Shown here: positions 1-8,253 of the stretch, one piece after another
How the letters are laid out: every line of letters starts with the position of its first letter
Numbering within the stretch: position 1 is the first letter of the stretch
From: Clostridia bacterium
GTDB lineage: Bacteria > Bacillota > Clostridia > Oscillospirales > CAG-272
Direction: 5' to 3'
Length of the DNA: 64,000 nucleotides
Assembly: GCA_017462385.1 (NCBI GenBank)
Contig: JAFTRE010000032.1
Location: 104,488-168,487 of the forward strand
The notes under the pieces: model-generated
What the model saw: the letters and a program-made list of their open reading frames with translations, nothing else
What the model was told of the DNA's origin: nothing
The model's database searches: none
Made by a program: the position numbers and the translations under genes

Positions 1-252
1 ATTCTCCGCGCTCTCATTTGCGCGTCGGGTCGAGCCGAAGGCAACTATGCTCGCGTTTTTGAGCGGCAGGGCCGCCGCGCGGTCGAAAAAGGCAATGTCT
101 GCATCACTTCCCGCGAAATACCCCGCCTCTATATAGCATATGCCGAGACGGTCGAGCGCGTCAATAACGGCGAATTTTTCTTCGTCCGTAAATGAAATGC
201 CCGCGCCCTGCATGCCGTCACGCAGTGTTGTGTCATATATTTCCAGCTTCAT
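1..252 (-). CDS. cimA: citramalate synthase / 2-isopropylmalate synthase family protein, N-terminal fragment (gene runs off the window start)
   Basis: My own translation of the minus strand from the ATG at 252 gives MKLEIYDTTLRDGMQGAGISFTDEEKFAVIDALDRLGICYIEAGYFAGSDADIAFF... This DTTLRDGxQ N-terminus is typical of CimA/LeuA. The start overlaps the prmC stop. The ORF is absent from the track because it is open at the window edge. Confidence 0.7.
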   Translation of the reverse strand, partial: MKLEIYDTTLRDGMQGAGISFTDEEKFAVIDALDRLGICYIEAGYFAGSDADIAFFDRAAALPLKNASIVAFGSTRRANESAEN

Positions 253-1093
253 TGTCTCGCTCCTTTTTCGGGGATGGGAGTAATATCCTTATTGCTCTGT
301 CTCGGTTTTCTATGTCAAAATATATCTCGCTCTCATATCCCGAGTCCGCGGCGATGGCGGCGATGTCCGCCGTCTGTCCGACGCCGCATTCAAACAGCAT
401 AAAGCCGCCCTGTTTCAGCGCGCTAACGCTGTTTTGTATCAGAGCACGATAAAAATCAAGTCCGTCCCGCCCGCCGTCAAGCGCCAAGGTCGGCTCAAAC
501 GCAAGCTCGGGAGCAAGGGTAGTTATGTCATCTGTCGGAATATAGGGAGGATTTGAAATAACAGCATCAAGCTCGCCAATCCGCCCCCACAATGCCTCCT
601 CACGCATGTCCCCGTTCACGACCTCAAGCCGCGATCGGACGCCCGCATTTTCGGCGTTTTGGACGGTCAGCGCCCGCGCTGTCGGCGAAATATCCACCGC
701 GACAGCGACCGTATCGGGACGCGCCCTCAGTATCGAGACCGAAATACAGCCGCTTCCGCAACCGATATCGGCAAAGCGCGCACCGTGCGGCAGCTGCTTT
801 ATTGCCTGCTCGACCAGCAGCTCGGTGTCGGCGCGCGGGATGAGCACGCCCTCGGCGACAGCAAGGTCGGAATCGTAAAAGCCCCACCTGCCCAGTATAT
901 ATTGAAGCGGGTAATGCTCGGCGCGTTTTTTTACCGCACACGCGAGCGCTTCCGACTCAAAGTCCCGCTCTCGGCACAGCACAAGAGCCGCACGTTCTAC
1001 GCCGCAAAAATGCTCGATGAGCAGTGCCGCGTCATCCGACGGCGACTCAATACCCACCGCGGCGAGAGCATTGCATATATCCCGATAAGTCAC
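233..1093 (-). CDS. prmC: peptide chain release factor N(5)-glutamine methyltransferase (HemK/PrmC)
   Basis: 286-aa ORF with the SAM-binding loop DIGCGSGCI and the catalytic NPPY motif (VISNPPYIP). Confidence 0.9.
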   Translation of the reverse strand: MTYRDICNALAAVGIESPSDDAALLIEHFCGVERAALVLCRERDFESEALACAVKKRAEHYPLQYILGRWGFYDSDLAVAEGVLIPRADTELLVEQAIKQLPHGARFADIGCGSGCISVSILRARPDTVAVAVDISPTARALTVQNAENAGVRSRLEVVNGDMREEALWGRIGELDAVISNPPYIPTDDITTLAPELAFEPTLALDGGRDGLDFYRALIQNSVSALKQGGFMLFECGVGQTADIAAIAADSGYESEIYFDIENRDRAIRILLPSPKKERDNEAGNI

Positions 1094-1230
1094 GCCTGCA
1101 CCCCCTCAAAAAACAATACTTCATATTATTATAACAAATATTTCACACAAAATAAAGGGGTTTGCGCAAATTTGTGCCCTTGTGCATATTTCTTTCACAA
1201 ACAGATAAGAATAAATTTACAAATAATTCA

Positions 1231-1259
1231 TTGCATTTGTGCATTAATTATGCTATAAT
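1231..1259 (+). promoter_or_regulatory. sigma-70-type promoter candidate for the 1304 ORF
   Basis: TTGCAT (1231-1236), a 17-nt spacer, then TATAAT (1254-1259), about 45 nt upstream of the ORF. Confidence 0.5.
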
Positions 1260-1303
1260 ATAGACGAAAGAAGAATATCACTCATAACAAGGAGGTTATT
1301 ATC

Positions 1304-1549
1304 ATGTTCAACTGGTTCAGACGCGAGCCCGAAAAGCCCAACTACGCCAAGATCGTCGGCATTACTCTCGCCATCATCGCGGCAATAGGCGCTGTCGCTG
1401 TAGTAGCCTACAAGCTTTTCAACAAGTATTTCAAGCTGGTCGACGGCGAATGCGAGGATTTTCTTGACGACGAATGCGAGGATTGCGACATCTGCATCGA
1501 GGATGACAGTGACTGCGAATGCAATGCTGTCGTAGAAGACAACGAGTAA
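1304..1549 (+). CDS. small membrane-anchored protein with an acidic, Cys-rich tail (function unknown)
   Basis: 81-aa ORF with AAGGAGG 8 nt upstream of the ATG. It has one hydrophobic helix (IVGITLAIIAAIGAVAVVAY). The C-terminal 37 aa carry 6 Cys and many Asp/Glu (GECEDFLDDECEDCDICIEDDSDCECN). An intrinsic terminator follows. Confidence 0.6.
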   Translation: MFNWFRREPEKPNYAKIVGITLAIIAAIGAVAVVAYKLFNKYFKLVDGECEDFLDDECEDCDICIEDDSDCECNAVVEDNE

Positions 1550-1566
1550 TCCGGTAAAACGGTAAA

Positions 1567-1606
1567 CAAAAAACGGCCCTCGGGGAATCCCCGAGGGTCG
1601 TTTTTT
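1567..1606. terminator. bidirectional intrinsic terminator between the small ORF (+) and ppiB (-)
   Basis: GC-rich hairpin CGGCCCTCGGGG-aat-CCCCGAGGGTCG flanked by an A-run (1567-1573) and a T-run (1601-1606). Confidence 0.75.
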
Positions 1607-1657
1607 GTCAAAGTCCGCGAATTCTCTTTCTAAGGTTTCATGTGAAACGCAAAGGCC

Positions 1658-2158
1658 TTAAATGACCTCAATACTCTCGATAACGACAGCGTCTCTCGGT
1701 ACGTCCTGCATATACCAGCCGCGATTGCCCGTTTTGACCGAAGCGATCTTGTCGATCACGTCCTCGCCCTCGATAACCTTTCCGAATGCCGCGTACTGCG
1801 CGTCAAGGTGCGGAGAGGGCTGATGCATGATAAAGAACTGCGAGGATGCCGAGTCGGGATCCGAGGTGCGCGCCATGGAAAGCACACCGCGCTCGTGCTT
1901 TATGTCGTTCTTCAAAAAGCCGTTTGCGGCGAACTCGCCCTTGATGGCGTCCGCTTCCTTGTCCTCAAACATTTCGGTGTACCCGCCGCCCTGTATCATA
2001 AAGCCGCGGATAACGCGGTGGAAAATGGTACCCGAGTAAAAGCCCTCGCCAACCAGCTTCAGAAAATTCTCGACAGTCTTTGGTGCCTTTTCGGGGTACA
2101 GCTCGGCGATCATCTCGCCAAATCCCTTAACTGTTATTTTTACTTTTGGATTGCTCAT
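1658..2158 (-). CDS. ppiB: peptidyl-prolyl cis-trans isomerase, cyclophilin type
   Basis: 166-aa ORF with cyclophilin signatures FHRVIRGFMIQGG and SMARTSDPDSASSQFFI. Confidence 0.9.
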   Translation of the reverse strand: MSNPKVKITVKGFGEMIAELYPEKAPKTVENFLKLVGEGFYSGTIFHRVIRGFMIQGGGYTEMFEDKEADAIKGEFAANGFLKNDIKHERGVLSMARTSDPDSASSQFFIMHQPSPHLDAQYAAFGKVIEGEDVIDKIASVKTGNRGWYMQDVPRDAVVIESIEVI

Positions 2159-2190
2159 TTTTTATCTCCGTTCTGATTGTTAATAAATTT

Positions 2191-2393
2191 TATTATTTGG
2201 TTGTAGTACCTTGTTTCATCTAAAGCTTTACAATGTCTTAGCCTCTCCCTATGGGAGAGGTGTCGCGGCAAGCCGCGACGGAGAGGTGTTTATTAGCATC
2301 GATCTTACCCTCTCAGTCGCCTTTGGCGACAGCTCTCCCCCAGGGAGAGCCTTTTTTTGCAATGTCGGCTTTTAGTTGAAACAGGGCTGTAGG
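2191..2393. repeat. hairpin-mosaic repeat family A, full unit (MITE-like), copy 1
   Basis: Collinear and roughly 90 percent identical by eye to 44928-45130. The reverse complement of its right ~150 bp recurs at 58757-58909. It is built of hairpins CCTCTCCC-tat-GGGAGAGG, GTCGCGG-caag-CCGCGAC, GTCGCC-ttt-GGCGAC and GCTCTCCC-cca-GGGAGAGC. Confidence 0.85.
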
Positions 2394-2427
2394 ATTATTT
2401 GCGTGAAAACGTGAAAAATAATTAAAT

Positions 2428-2799
2428 TCACACGTTTTCGTTATACGCCGCCGTCAGCAGTTCATTGATTCTATCCTGCCGACCTCCAAGATACAGCCAC
2501 CCCATCAGCGCCTCCATACCCGTTGCCGAGCGGTATTCCGACGCTGTCGCGTGGCGCGGCAGATTTGTGTGACCGATGTTTCGCCCGCGGCGGAATATCG
2601 CCGCCTCGTCCTCGCTCAGCGCGGGCAATATTTTCTTCATCGCCGCCGCCTGGCGGGGCGCGGTGACGTAGGACAGCGCCTCGGCGTTAAGCTCGCGCGA
2701 GCCCGAAAGCCCACTGCGGACGAGCCGCTCGCGAACCCACACCTCTATGACCGCGTCGCCCAGATATGCGAGCGCCTGCGCGGAATACACCGTCGCCAT
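2428..2799 (-). CDS. mrnC: mini-ribonuclease 3 (Mini-III)
   Basis: MATVYSAQALAYLGDAVIEVWVRERL... carries the RNase III-like AYLGDAV motif. I chose the ATG at 2799, which overlaps the upstream stop codon (ATGA). The track ORF extends to 2904 inside the upstream gene. Confidence 0.85.
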   Translation of the reverse strand: MATVYSAQALAYLGDAVIEVWVRERLVRSGLSGSRELNAEALSYVTAPRQAAAMKKILPALSEDEAAIFRRGRNIGHTNLPRHATASEYRSATGMEALMGWLYLGGRQDRINELLTAAYNENV

Positions 2800-3899
2800 C
2801 AGAGCACGCCGCCCTTTGCAAGTGCGCGGCGTATCTCGCTTTCGATTCCGTCTGCCATGAGCGTAAAGCCCAGATCGTTGGGGTGGACGGCGTCCATGGT
2901 GCACTCGTTTTCATATTTGCCGAGGAAAAAGCTTTCGCCGTCGATATAATAAACATTTTTATCGCCCAACGACAGCGCGTGACGGTAGGTATCGATAATA
3001 ACATCGCGGCGCTCGGCAAATTCGGACTGGTTGGTCGCGATATTAGGACGGGATATCATGATATAAGGTGTGTCGGGACGCTTGGCGCGGAAAATATCGT
3101 AAACATTTTGGTGCGTGTCACGCAAAAATGCCGCGTTGGGAGCGTTATGGTCGTAATCGCACACAAACAGGCACATATCCATGCCCGCCATATACTCGAC
3201 CAGCACAGGCTCGCCCTTTGCCTTGCCCGAAAAGCCAAGATTGATATAATCCATATTCAGTCTGCGGGAAAGTATGCTCTGATATATCAGCCCCGGGCGC
3301 GACGCGGCGGTACCGTGAACTATCGAGCTACCGTAGTACACAATAGGTGAGGAATTGCGGTACTTCTTGCCGCTCTCCAGCTTTGCGTCCTCCTGCAGAC
3401 CTATATAAAGATTTTTCACAACGCCGTGTATGGGGAAGTTGATGGTAAAGCTTCTCATGCGGCGAGGTCCTGCAATCTTGAGTATCTGCTCATAGTCGTT
3501 TTCAAACTTATAAGGCGGCAAAAACGGCTTTATAAAGCGCGAATCCGTGTCGGTATCCTCGTAAAGATCAAAGCCGGCGCCGTTGCACAGCGTTGTGTGC
3601 GAGCTGCGGGCATAGGGACCCATCTCGACCTTGATGGCTATATAGCTCGAATCGGTTGAAAAACGGACGCGTCCGCCCGCCGACTCGCGGCACAGCTTTG
3701 CCACTCCCTCGCTGGTCGCCTCGGCGACATCTGCGGGCAAACGGCGGAAATAGGGCTGGTTGTAAACATCATAAAGGCCGTAAATATCAAACGGCGGCTT
3801 GCGAATATCGTAAAACTTTACGTCGGGCTCCTCGATAGTGGTCGCCACGATCATATTTTTATCTACTTCAACATACGCTTCTTTTTTGATATCTTCCAT
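2799..3899 (-). CDS. SGNH/GDSL-type esterase with an N-terminal GxDLY domain (paralog 1)
   Basis: GAGFDLYED (GxDLY motif), the GSSIVHG Ser block and a DAVHPNDLGF catalytic His block. The start was moved to the ATG at 3899 (AAAGGAGAG SD; aligns with the paralog N-terminus ..EVDKNM.V.TT). Confidence 0.8.
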   Translation of the reverse strand: MEDIKKEAYVEVDKNMIVATTIEEPDVKFYDIRKPPFDIYGLYDVYNQPYFRRLPADVAEATSEGVAKLCRESAGGRVRFSTDSSYIAIKVEMGPYARSSHTTLCNGAGFDLYEDTDTDSRFIKPFLPPYKFENDYEQILKIAGPRRMRSFTINFPIHGVVKNLYIGLQEDAKLESGKKYRNSSPIVYYGSSIVHGTAASRPGLIYQSILSRRLNMDYINLGFSGKAKGEPVLVEYMAGMDMCLFVCDYDHNAPNAAFLRDTHQNVYDIFRAKRPDTPYIMISRPNIATNQSEFAERRDVIIDTYRHALSLGDKNVYYIDGESFFLGKYENECTMDAVHPNDLGFTLMADGIESEIRRALAKGGVL

Positions 3900-3912
3900 T
3901 GTTGCTCTCCTT

Positions 3913-5001
3913 TCAGCTAAAATCATGGCGAAGTGCGCGGACGAGTATGCGCTCGATCGCGTCTGCCATTTTGAGAAATCCGATATCGGTGGGATGTGTT
4001 CCGTCGACAGTGCAGAGGTCCTCGTCAGGTCCGCGGAATATTCCCTCTCCGTCTATATACCACACATTTTTGTCACCCGACTCGCGAGCATACCGGTAGG
4101 TATTGACAATGACCTCGCGGCGCATTATGCTTTCGTTTATATTATTGTCGTAATCGGGGCGTGACAGCATGATATAGGGAACATCGGGATTTTTCTCGCG
4201 GAATATCTTGTAAAGGCGGCAGTGCGTATCGTTAAGATATTCGGGGGTTGGCGCGTTGTGGTCGTAATCGCAGACAAACGCCAGCATTTTCTGCTCGGCG
4301 ATATAATTTGCGATGATCTCCTCGGCGCGACCGCTTCCCGAGAAACCGAGATTGACAAAGTCAAGGTTTTGTCTGCGCGAGATTATGCTTTGATAAGCAT
4401 TTCCGGGACGCGATGAGCAAGCACCCTGCGTAATAGAGCTGCCATAATAATAAACGGGCAGCGGCGAGCGGTATTTGAGTCCGCCTTCTACCTTTGCGTC
4501 CTCCTGCAAGCCTATATAAAGCCAATTTACGGGGTTATATGTGGGGAAATTTATCGTATAATGGCGCATTCCGCCCTCGCCCACCTTGATTACCGACTCA
4601 TAGCCATCCTTAATGGTGACGTCGGGCTTGAACGGGCGAACAAAGCGGCTGCCGCCCTCCTCGGTGTCCTCGAAAAGGTCAAAGCCCGAGGTTCCCGTCA
4701 GCTGCATATGCGAATAACGGGTAATATACGGCATGGAGCACTTGATGGCTATGTAGCTTGAATCGGTGGAAAAGCGAACACGTCCGCCGGCAGTCATAAG
4801 ATAAAGTCTCTTGACTCCGCTGTTGGTGTTCTGCCCTATCTCGTCGGGCAGACGCTTAAAAACAGGCTCGGTCTGCGGCTCGTAAAGTCCGTAAATATCA
4901 AACGGTGCGCGTCTGACATCGTAAAACTTTATATCGGGCTCGGCTATCGTCGTCTCGACGACCATATTCTTGTCCACCTCAATAAATTTGTTGTCTGACA
5001 T
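3913..5001 (-). CDS. SGNH/GDSL-type esterase with an N-terminal GxDLY domain (paralog 2)
   Basis: 362 aa, collinear with the downstream paralog: GTSGFDLFED, GSSITQG, DGTHPTDIGF. AAGGAGAG SD before the ATG at 5001. Confidence 0.8.
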   Translation of the reverse strand: MSDNKFIEVDKNMVVETTIAEPDIKFYDVRRAPFDIYGLYEPQTEPVFKRLPDEIGQNTNSGVKRLYLMTAGGRVRFSTDSSYIAIKCSMPYITRYSHMQLTGTSGFDLFEDTEEGGSRFVRPFKPDVTIKDGYESVIKVGEGGMRHYTINFPTYNPVNWLYIGLQEDAKVEGGLKYRSPLPVYYYGSSITQGACSSRPGNAYQSIISRRQNLDFVNLGFSGSGRAEEIIANYIAEQKMLAFVCDYDHNAPTPEYLNDTHCRLYKIFREKNPDVPYIMLSRPDYDNNINESIMRREVIVNTYRYARESGDKNVWYIDGEGIFRGPDEDLCTVDGTHPTDIGFLKMADAIERILVRALRHDFS

Positions 5002-5028
5002 ACTACTCTCCTTGGTTGTTTATATACG

Positions 5029-5100
5029 GGGCTTTGCCCCGAACCCCACTTAAGAAACTTTTTGAAAAAAGTTTCTTAAGAATTTTCAAAAACTTTTAAC
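5029..5100. repeat. hairpin plus 15-bp-arm palindrome module (family C, AAAACTTT-type)
   Basis: GGGGC-tttg-CCCC (5029-5041), then the palindrome CTTAAGAAACTTTTT-ga-AAAAAGTTTCTTAAG (5049-5080), then TTCAAAAACTTTT. Related AAAACTTTCAA strings occur at 44818-44832 and on the minus strand near 33765-33785. Confidence 0.6.
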
Positions 5101-5227
5101 AAACAAATATTGATAATCGTTTGTTTACAGATCGAAAACCATGCGTCGTCTTGCTTCGCATCCGACGCCCATCCGGAAAGCATGCAATATTTCCCGGAAA
5201 ATAATTTAATAATTTGCTTTTCGCATA

Positions 5228-5333
5228 GTGAAAACATTTCACTCCGCGCTCTGCGCGGAATTTCACTCGCCGTCGCAGACGGCGAATATCACTTTCTTGC
5301 AGTTCTGCTTTTCGCAGAACCGCAAGAAACCAC
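5228..5333. repeat. family B array: short conserved heptamer alternating with unrelated GC hairpins
   Basis: TTTCAC-[TCCGCG ctct GCGCGGA]-ATTTCAC-[TCGCCGTC gca GACGGCGA]-ATATCAC-[TTTCTTGC..GCAAGAAA]. The same architecture occurs at 36276-36330 and 40239-40714. Confidence 0.6.
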
Positions 5334-5379
5334 AAGGGGGACGCCGCGCCAAATTCAACACAGCATCCCCCTTTACGGT

Positions 5380-6087
5380 TTAATACAGCTCTTGCTCGCT
5401 AACGAGCGGAGCCGACTTTTTATTTGACTTTTTGCCCGCGGAGATACCCTTGTCGTCCAGGTACATAACTACCTTGCGGTTGTTTTCCGAGCCGATGGAA
5501 TTGGTGGAAACACCCTCGATGCCCTGCACCTCGGAATGAATGATGCGGCGCTCATAGGGATTCATGGGCTCGAGCATTACGCTCTTTTTGTAGCGCAGAA
5601 CCTTGTCTGCCATGCGACGAGCCAGTGCGCGCAGAGCCTCTTCTCTCTTGGCGCGGTAGCCCTCGGCGTCCAGCGTGATCTTTACATGCTCGCGCTTTAC
5701 ACCATTGACCTTTTTGTTGGCAGCGAGATTTGCGAGGTACTGAAGCGAATCCAGTGTTTCGCCGTGATGACCGATAAGCACACCCGAGCCGTCACCATCG
5801 ATATTGATGAGCATATCGTCGTTGTCGCCGTCGGTCATGACAGCGCTGGCGGAAAGTCCCATGTCCGAAATAACATTCTTGACGAATTCAAGCGCAACCT
5901 CCGCGCCCGACATGGTATAGCTTGCGGAAATCTTAGCGGGAACGGCACCAATGCCGAACAGTCCCTTTTTAGGCTCCTCAAGAACCTCATACTGTATGCT
6001 TTCGGCGTTGGGCGCGCCAAGCTCACGGACTGCCGCCGCAACTGCCTCTTCGACCGTCTTGCCGGTCGTTATAACTTGCTTATTCAA
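5380..6087 (-). CDS. khpB: RNA-binding protein KhpB/Jag (Jag-N, KH and R3H domains)
   Basis: 235 aa with a C-terminal R3H motif (YERRIIHSEVQ). It sits immediately downstream of yidC, as in the conserved rnpA-yidC-jag cluster. Confidence 0.85.
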   Translation of the reverse strand: MNKQVITTGKTVEEAVAAAVRELGAPNAESIQYEVLEEPKKGLFGIGAVPAKISASYTMSGAEVALEFVKNVISDMGLSASAVMTDGDNDDMLINIDGDGSGVLIGHHGETLDSLQYLANLAANKKVNGVKREHVKITLDAEGYRAKREEALRALARRMADKVLRYKKSVMLEPMNPYERRIIHSEVQGIEGVSTNSIGSENNRKVVMYLDDKGISAGKKSNKKSAPLVSEQELY

Positions 6088-6116
6088 AAGAATTCTCCAT
6101 TCTATCGATAGATTTA

Positions 6117-7916
6117 TTATTTATTGTCGGTATTGTCGGCGGAATCGCTCTGCCCGGCGTCCTTTTTGTCCTCCGAGACCGTAGCATCCTCCGCTTTATC
6201 GGCGGGGGCATTCTCTGCCGCCTTTTTCTCGGCAGCCTGCTTTTGCTTTGCCTCTTTTGCCTTTTTCTTGAGCTCCTTGAGTGAAAGCTGGGGACGGTCG
6301 TCCTCTTTCTTGATCAAAGTGCTGTCGGCAAGGCGCTTGTTTTCCGCCTCTTTCTTGGCAGCCTCCTCGGCCTCCTGTGCTTCAAGACGTGCCTTGCGCG
6401 CCAGTGCGGCTTCTCTCGTATCCTCGAAATCCTCGTCGTCTATATGGTGGAGCGAGCGGACGGCCTTGCCCGACGAGCCTGTTCTGGGTGCGGGAGCGGG
6501 CTTACCCTTGAGTATCTCTTTTTCCGCCGCCTTATACTCTTCCTCGGTAAAGGTGGGGACGGGCATGACCTTTGTCATGATGATCTTGGAAACAGTGCCG
6601 AGTATGCTCTTGAACATCCAGTAAACACCCAGCGCCGCAGGAACTACAAAGCAGATATAAACGCTGAACAGCGGCATGGTAATATCCATGACGTTATTGG
6701 AGCAGCCGGTAGCCTGATCGGTGGTCTGAGGCTGATATGTCAGCTTGCGGGTGATCTTCATGCTTCCGAAATAAACAACGAAGGTCAGCACGGGAATGAG
6801 CAACAGCCAGCTGAATTCCTTAATAGATGGAACGAGGCCGAGATTAAGTCCGAACAGGTTGAAGTTGGGGAAGGTTGAGCCCTCGAGCGCCTCGACGATC
6901 TCGGTGCCGTTGGAGAAGTAAACGAAATCCTTGAGCTTTGTAAAGAACTCGGCTCCGTACTCCTTGATAAGCGATGCGATCTCGATGGTTCCTCTGGACG
7001 AATTGACGGCAAGTCCCAGTCCTCCCGCCGCCTCGGAGGTGTTTACGAAAGTATAAAGCGCGGTCGACAGCTCGTTTGACATCTTCATAACGTAAACGAT
7101 GGGGTCGATAACAACCTGATACAGTATCATGACGACTGCGAGCTGCAGTATCATGGGCAAGCATCCCGACGCGGGGTTAAAGCCCTCGCGCTGATACATT
7201 TCCTGTATCTCGGTGCTCATTTTCTGCTTGGTCGCCTGATCCTCACGGCCTGCGTACTTTTTGCGGATAGCGCGCTCTTTAGGCTGAAGCGACGCCTGCT
7301 TGATAGAGTTTTTCTGCTGCTTGATGGCAATGGGCAGTGTTATAAGCTCCAGTATGATGGCGAAAAGGAGCAGACCGATAACATAGTTGCCGCCGACGAT
7401 CATTGTCAGCCAGCTGAGTATGCTACCCGCCGCCAGCTTGATGACCTCGAAAAAGCCGGTGGGCTTATCGAGCGAGATATCTGTCTTCATCTCTTCGATG
7501 AGCTCCTCGACATCTGCCATGTTGATGGCGGAATAGTCGACGTCCTCTACGCGGACCTTTTTGTCCGCCGCTGCGTTTGCCTGCTCGACAGCGGCTCTTG
7601 CCGCCTCAATGTCTCCCGCAAAATAAGCCGCCGTCAACTTGTCGCGGGGAGTGCGAGTGTCCTCTGCCTTGCTGTCAGCCGTTGCCGCCGAAATTATCTC
7701 GGCGAGGGCTTCCAGCTTTGACTCGGTCAGCGAGGGAGCTGCCGCAGTCTCGCCCTCTGTCGTGTCCGGCACGGGCACGGTATCAGAGGCAGCGCCGTCG
7801 ACAGTCTCAACGGTTGCCGACGCGACTACTCCGAACATACCGATAAGGCAGGTGAGCGTAAGCAATGCACAGAGCAGCTTCAGCGCACGGTGCGCTGATG
7901 TTTTGGTTTGTGGCAT
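6117..7916 (-). CDS. yidC: membrane protein insertase YidC/Oxa1 family, with a long N-terminal extracytoplasmic region and a Lys/Glu-rich C-terminal tail
   Basis: Multi-TM core (GFNPASGCLPMILQLAVVMILYQ...) in the rnpA-yidD-yidC-jag order. I chose the start at ATG 7916 (MPQTKTSAHRALKLL.. signal-anchor) because the track start at 8015 lies inside yidD. The start is uncertain. Confidence 0.8.
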   Translation of the reverse strand: MPQTKTSAHRALKLLCALLTLTCLIGMFGVVASATVETVDGAASDTVPVPDTTEGETAAAPSLTESKLEALAEIISAATADSKAEDTRTPRDKLTAAYFAGDIEAARAAVEQANAAADKKVRVEDVDYSAINMADVEELIEEMKTDISLDKPTGFFEVIKLAAGSILSWLTMIVGGNYVIGLLLFAIILELITLPIAIKQQKNSIKQASLQPKERAIRKKYAGREDQATKQKMSTEIQEMYQREGFNPASGCLPMILQLAVVMILYQVVIDPIVYVMKMSNELSTALYTFVNTSEAAGGLGLAVNSSRGTIEIASLIKEYGAEFFTKLKDFVYFSNGTEIVEALEGSTFPNFNLFGLNLGLVPSIKEFSWLLLIPVLTFVVYFGSMKITRKLTYQPQTTDQATGCSNNVMDITMPLFSVYICFVVPAALGVYWMFKSILGTVSKIIMTKVMPVPTFTEEEYKAAEKEILKGKPAPAPRTGSSGKAVRSLHHIDDEDFEDTREAALARKARLEAQEAEEAAKKEAENKRLADSTLIKKEDDRPQLSLKELKKKAKEAKQKQAAEKKAAENAPADKAEDATVSEDKKDAGQSDSADNTDNK

Positions 7917-7968
7917 TTCACTTTTTTCCCGCGCCCGATCAGCTCGGCCCACGGGATCCTCTCTTGTT

Positions 7969-8253
7969 TTATTTGGTTGACTTGTCACTGTCGTCACAAT
8001 CTTGTGTCGCCTCATTATTTTTTATCCTGCGCGGGCGGCGCTCGGGTACGGGATCATAGCCTCCGGGGCAAAAGGGATTGCAACGGAGTATTCTCCAGAC
8101 GGTGAGTGCCAGTCCCACAAAAAAGCCACGTTTCTGGAACGCCTCAACGGCGTAGGCGGAACAGGTCGGCGTAAACCGACATGTCGGATGACGTTTGAGG
8201 GGAGAAAGATATTTTTGGTAAAGACGTATAAGCCAGATACAAATATGTTTCAT
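7969..8253 (-). CDS. yidD: membrane protein insertion efficiency factor YidD
   Basis: The sequence [32 protein letters not shown] is the conserved YidD core. Confidence 0.9.
   Translation of the reverse strand: MKHICIWLIRLYQKYLSPLKRHPTCRFTPTCSAYAVEAFQKRGFFVGLALTVWRILRCNPFCPGGYDPVPERRPRRIKNNEATQDCDDSDKSTK

Noticed and set aside
6117-8015. The long form of yidC (632 aa) starting at 8015, and the N-terminally extended track ORFs for mrnC, rpmH, rimP, infB, nifJ, ymdB and the ABC ATPase.
   Set aside because: The extensions run into the upstream gene or lack an SD. Internal ATGs with proper SDs give the conserved N-termini.
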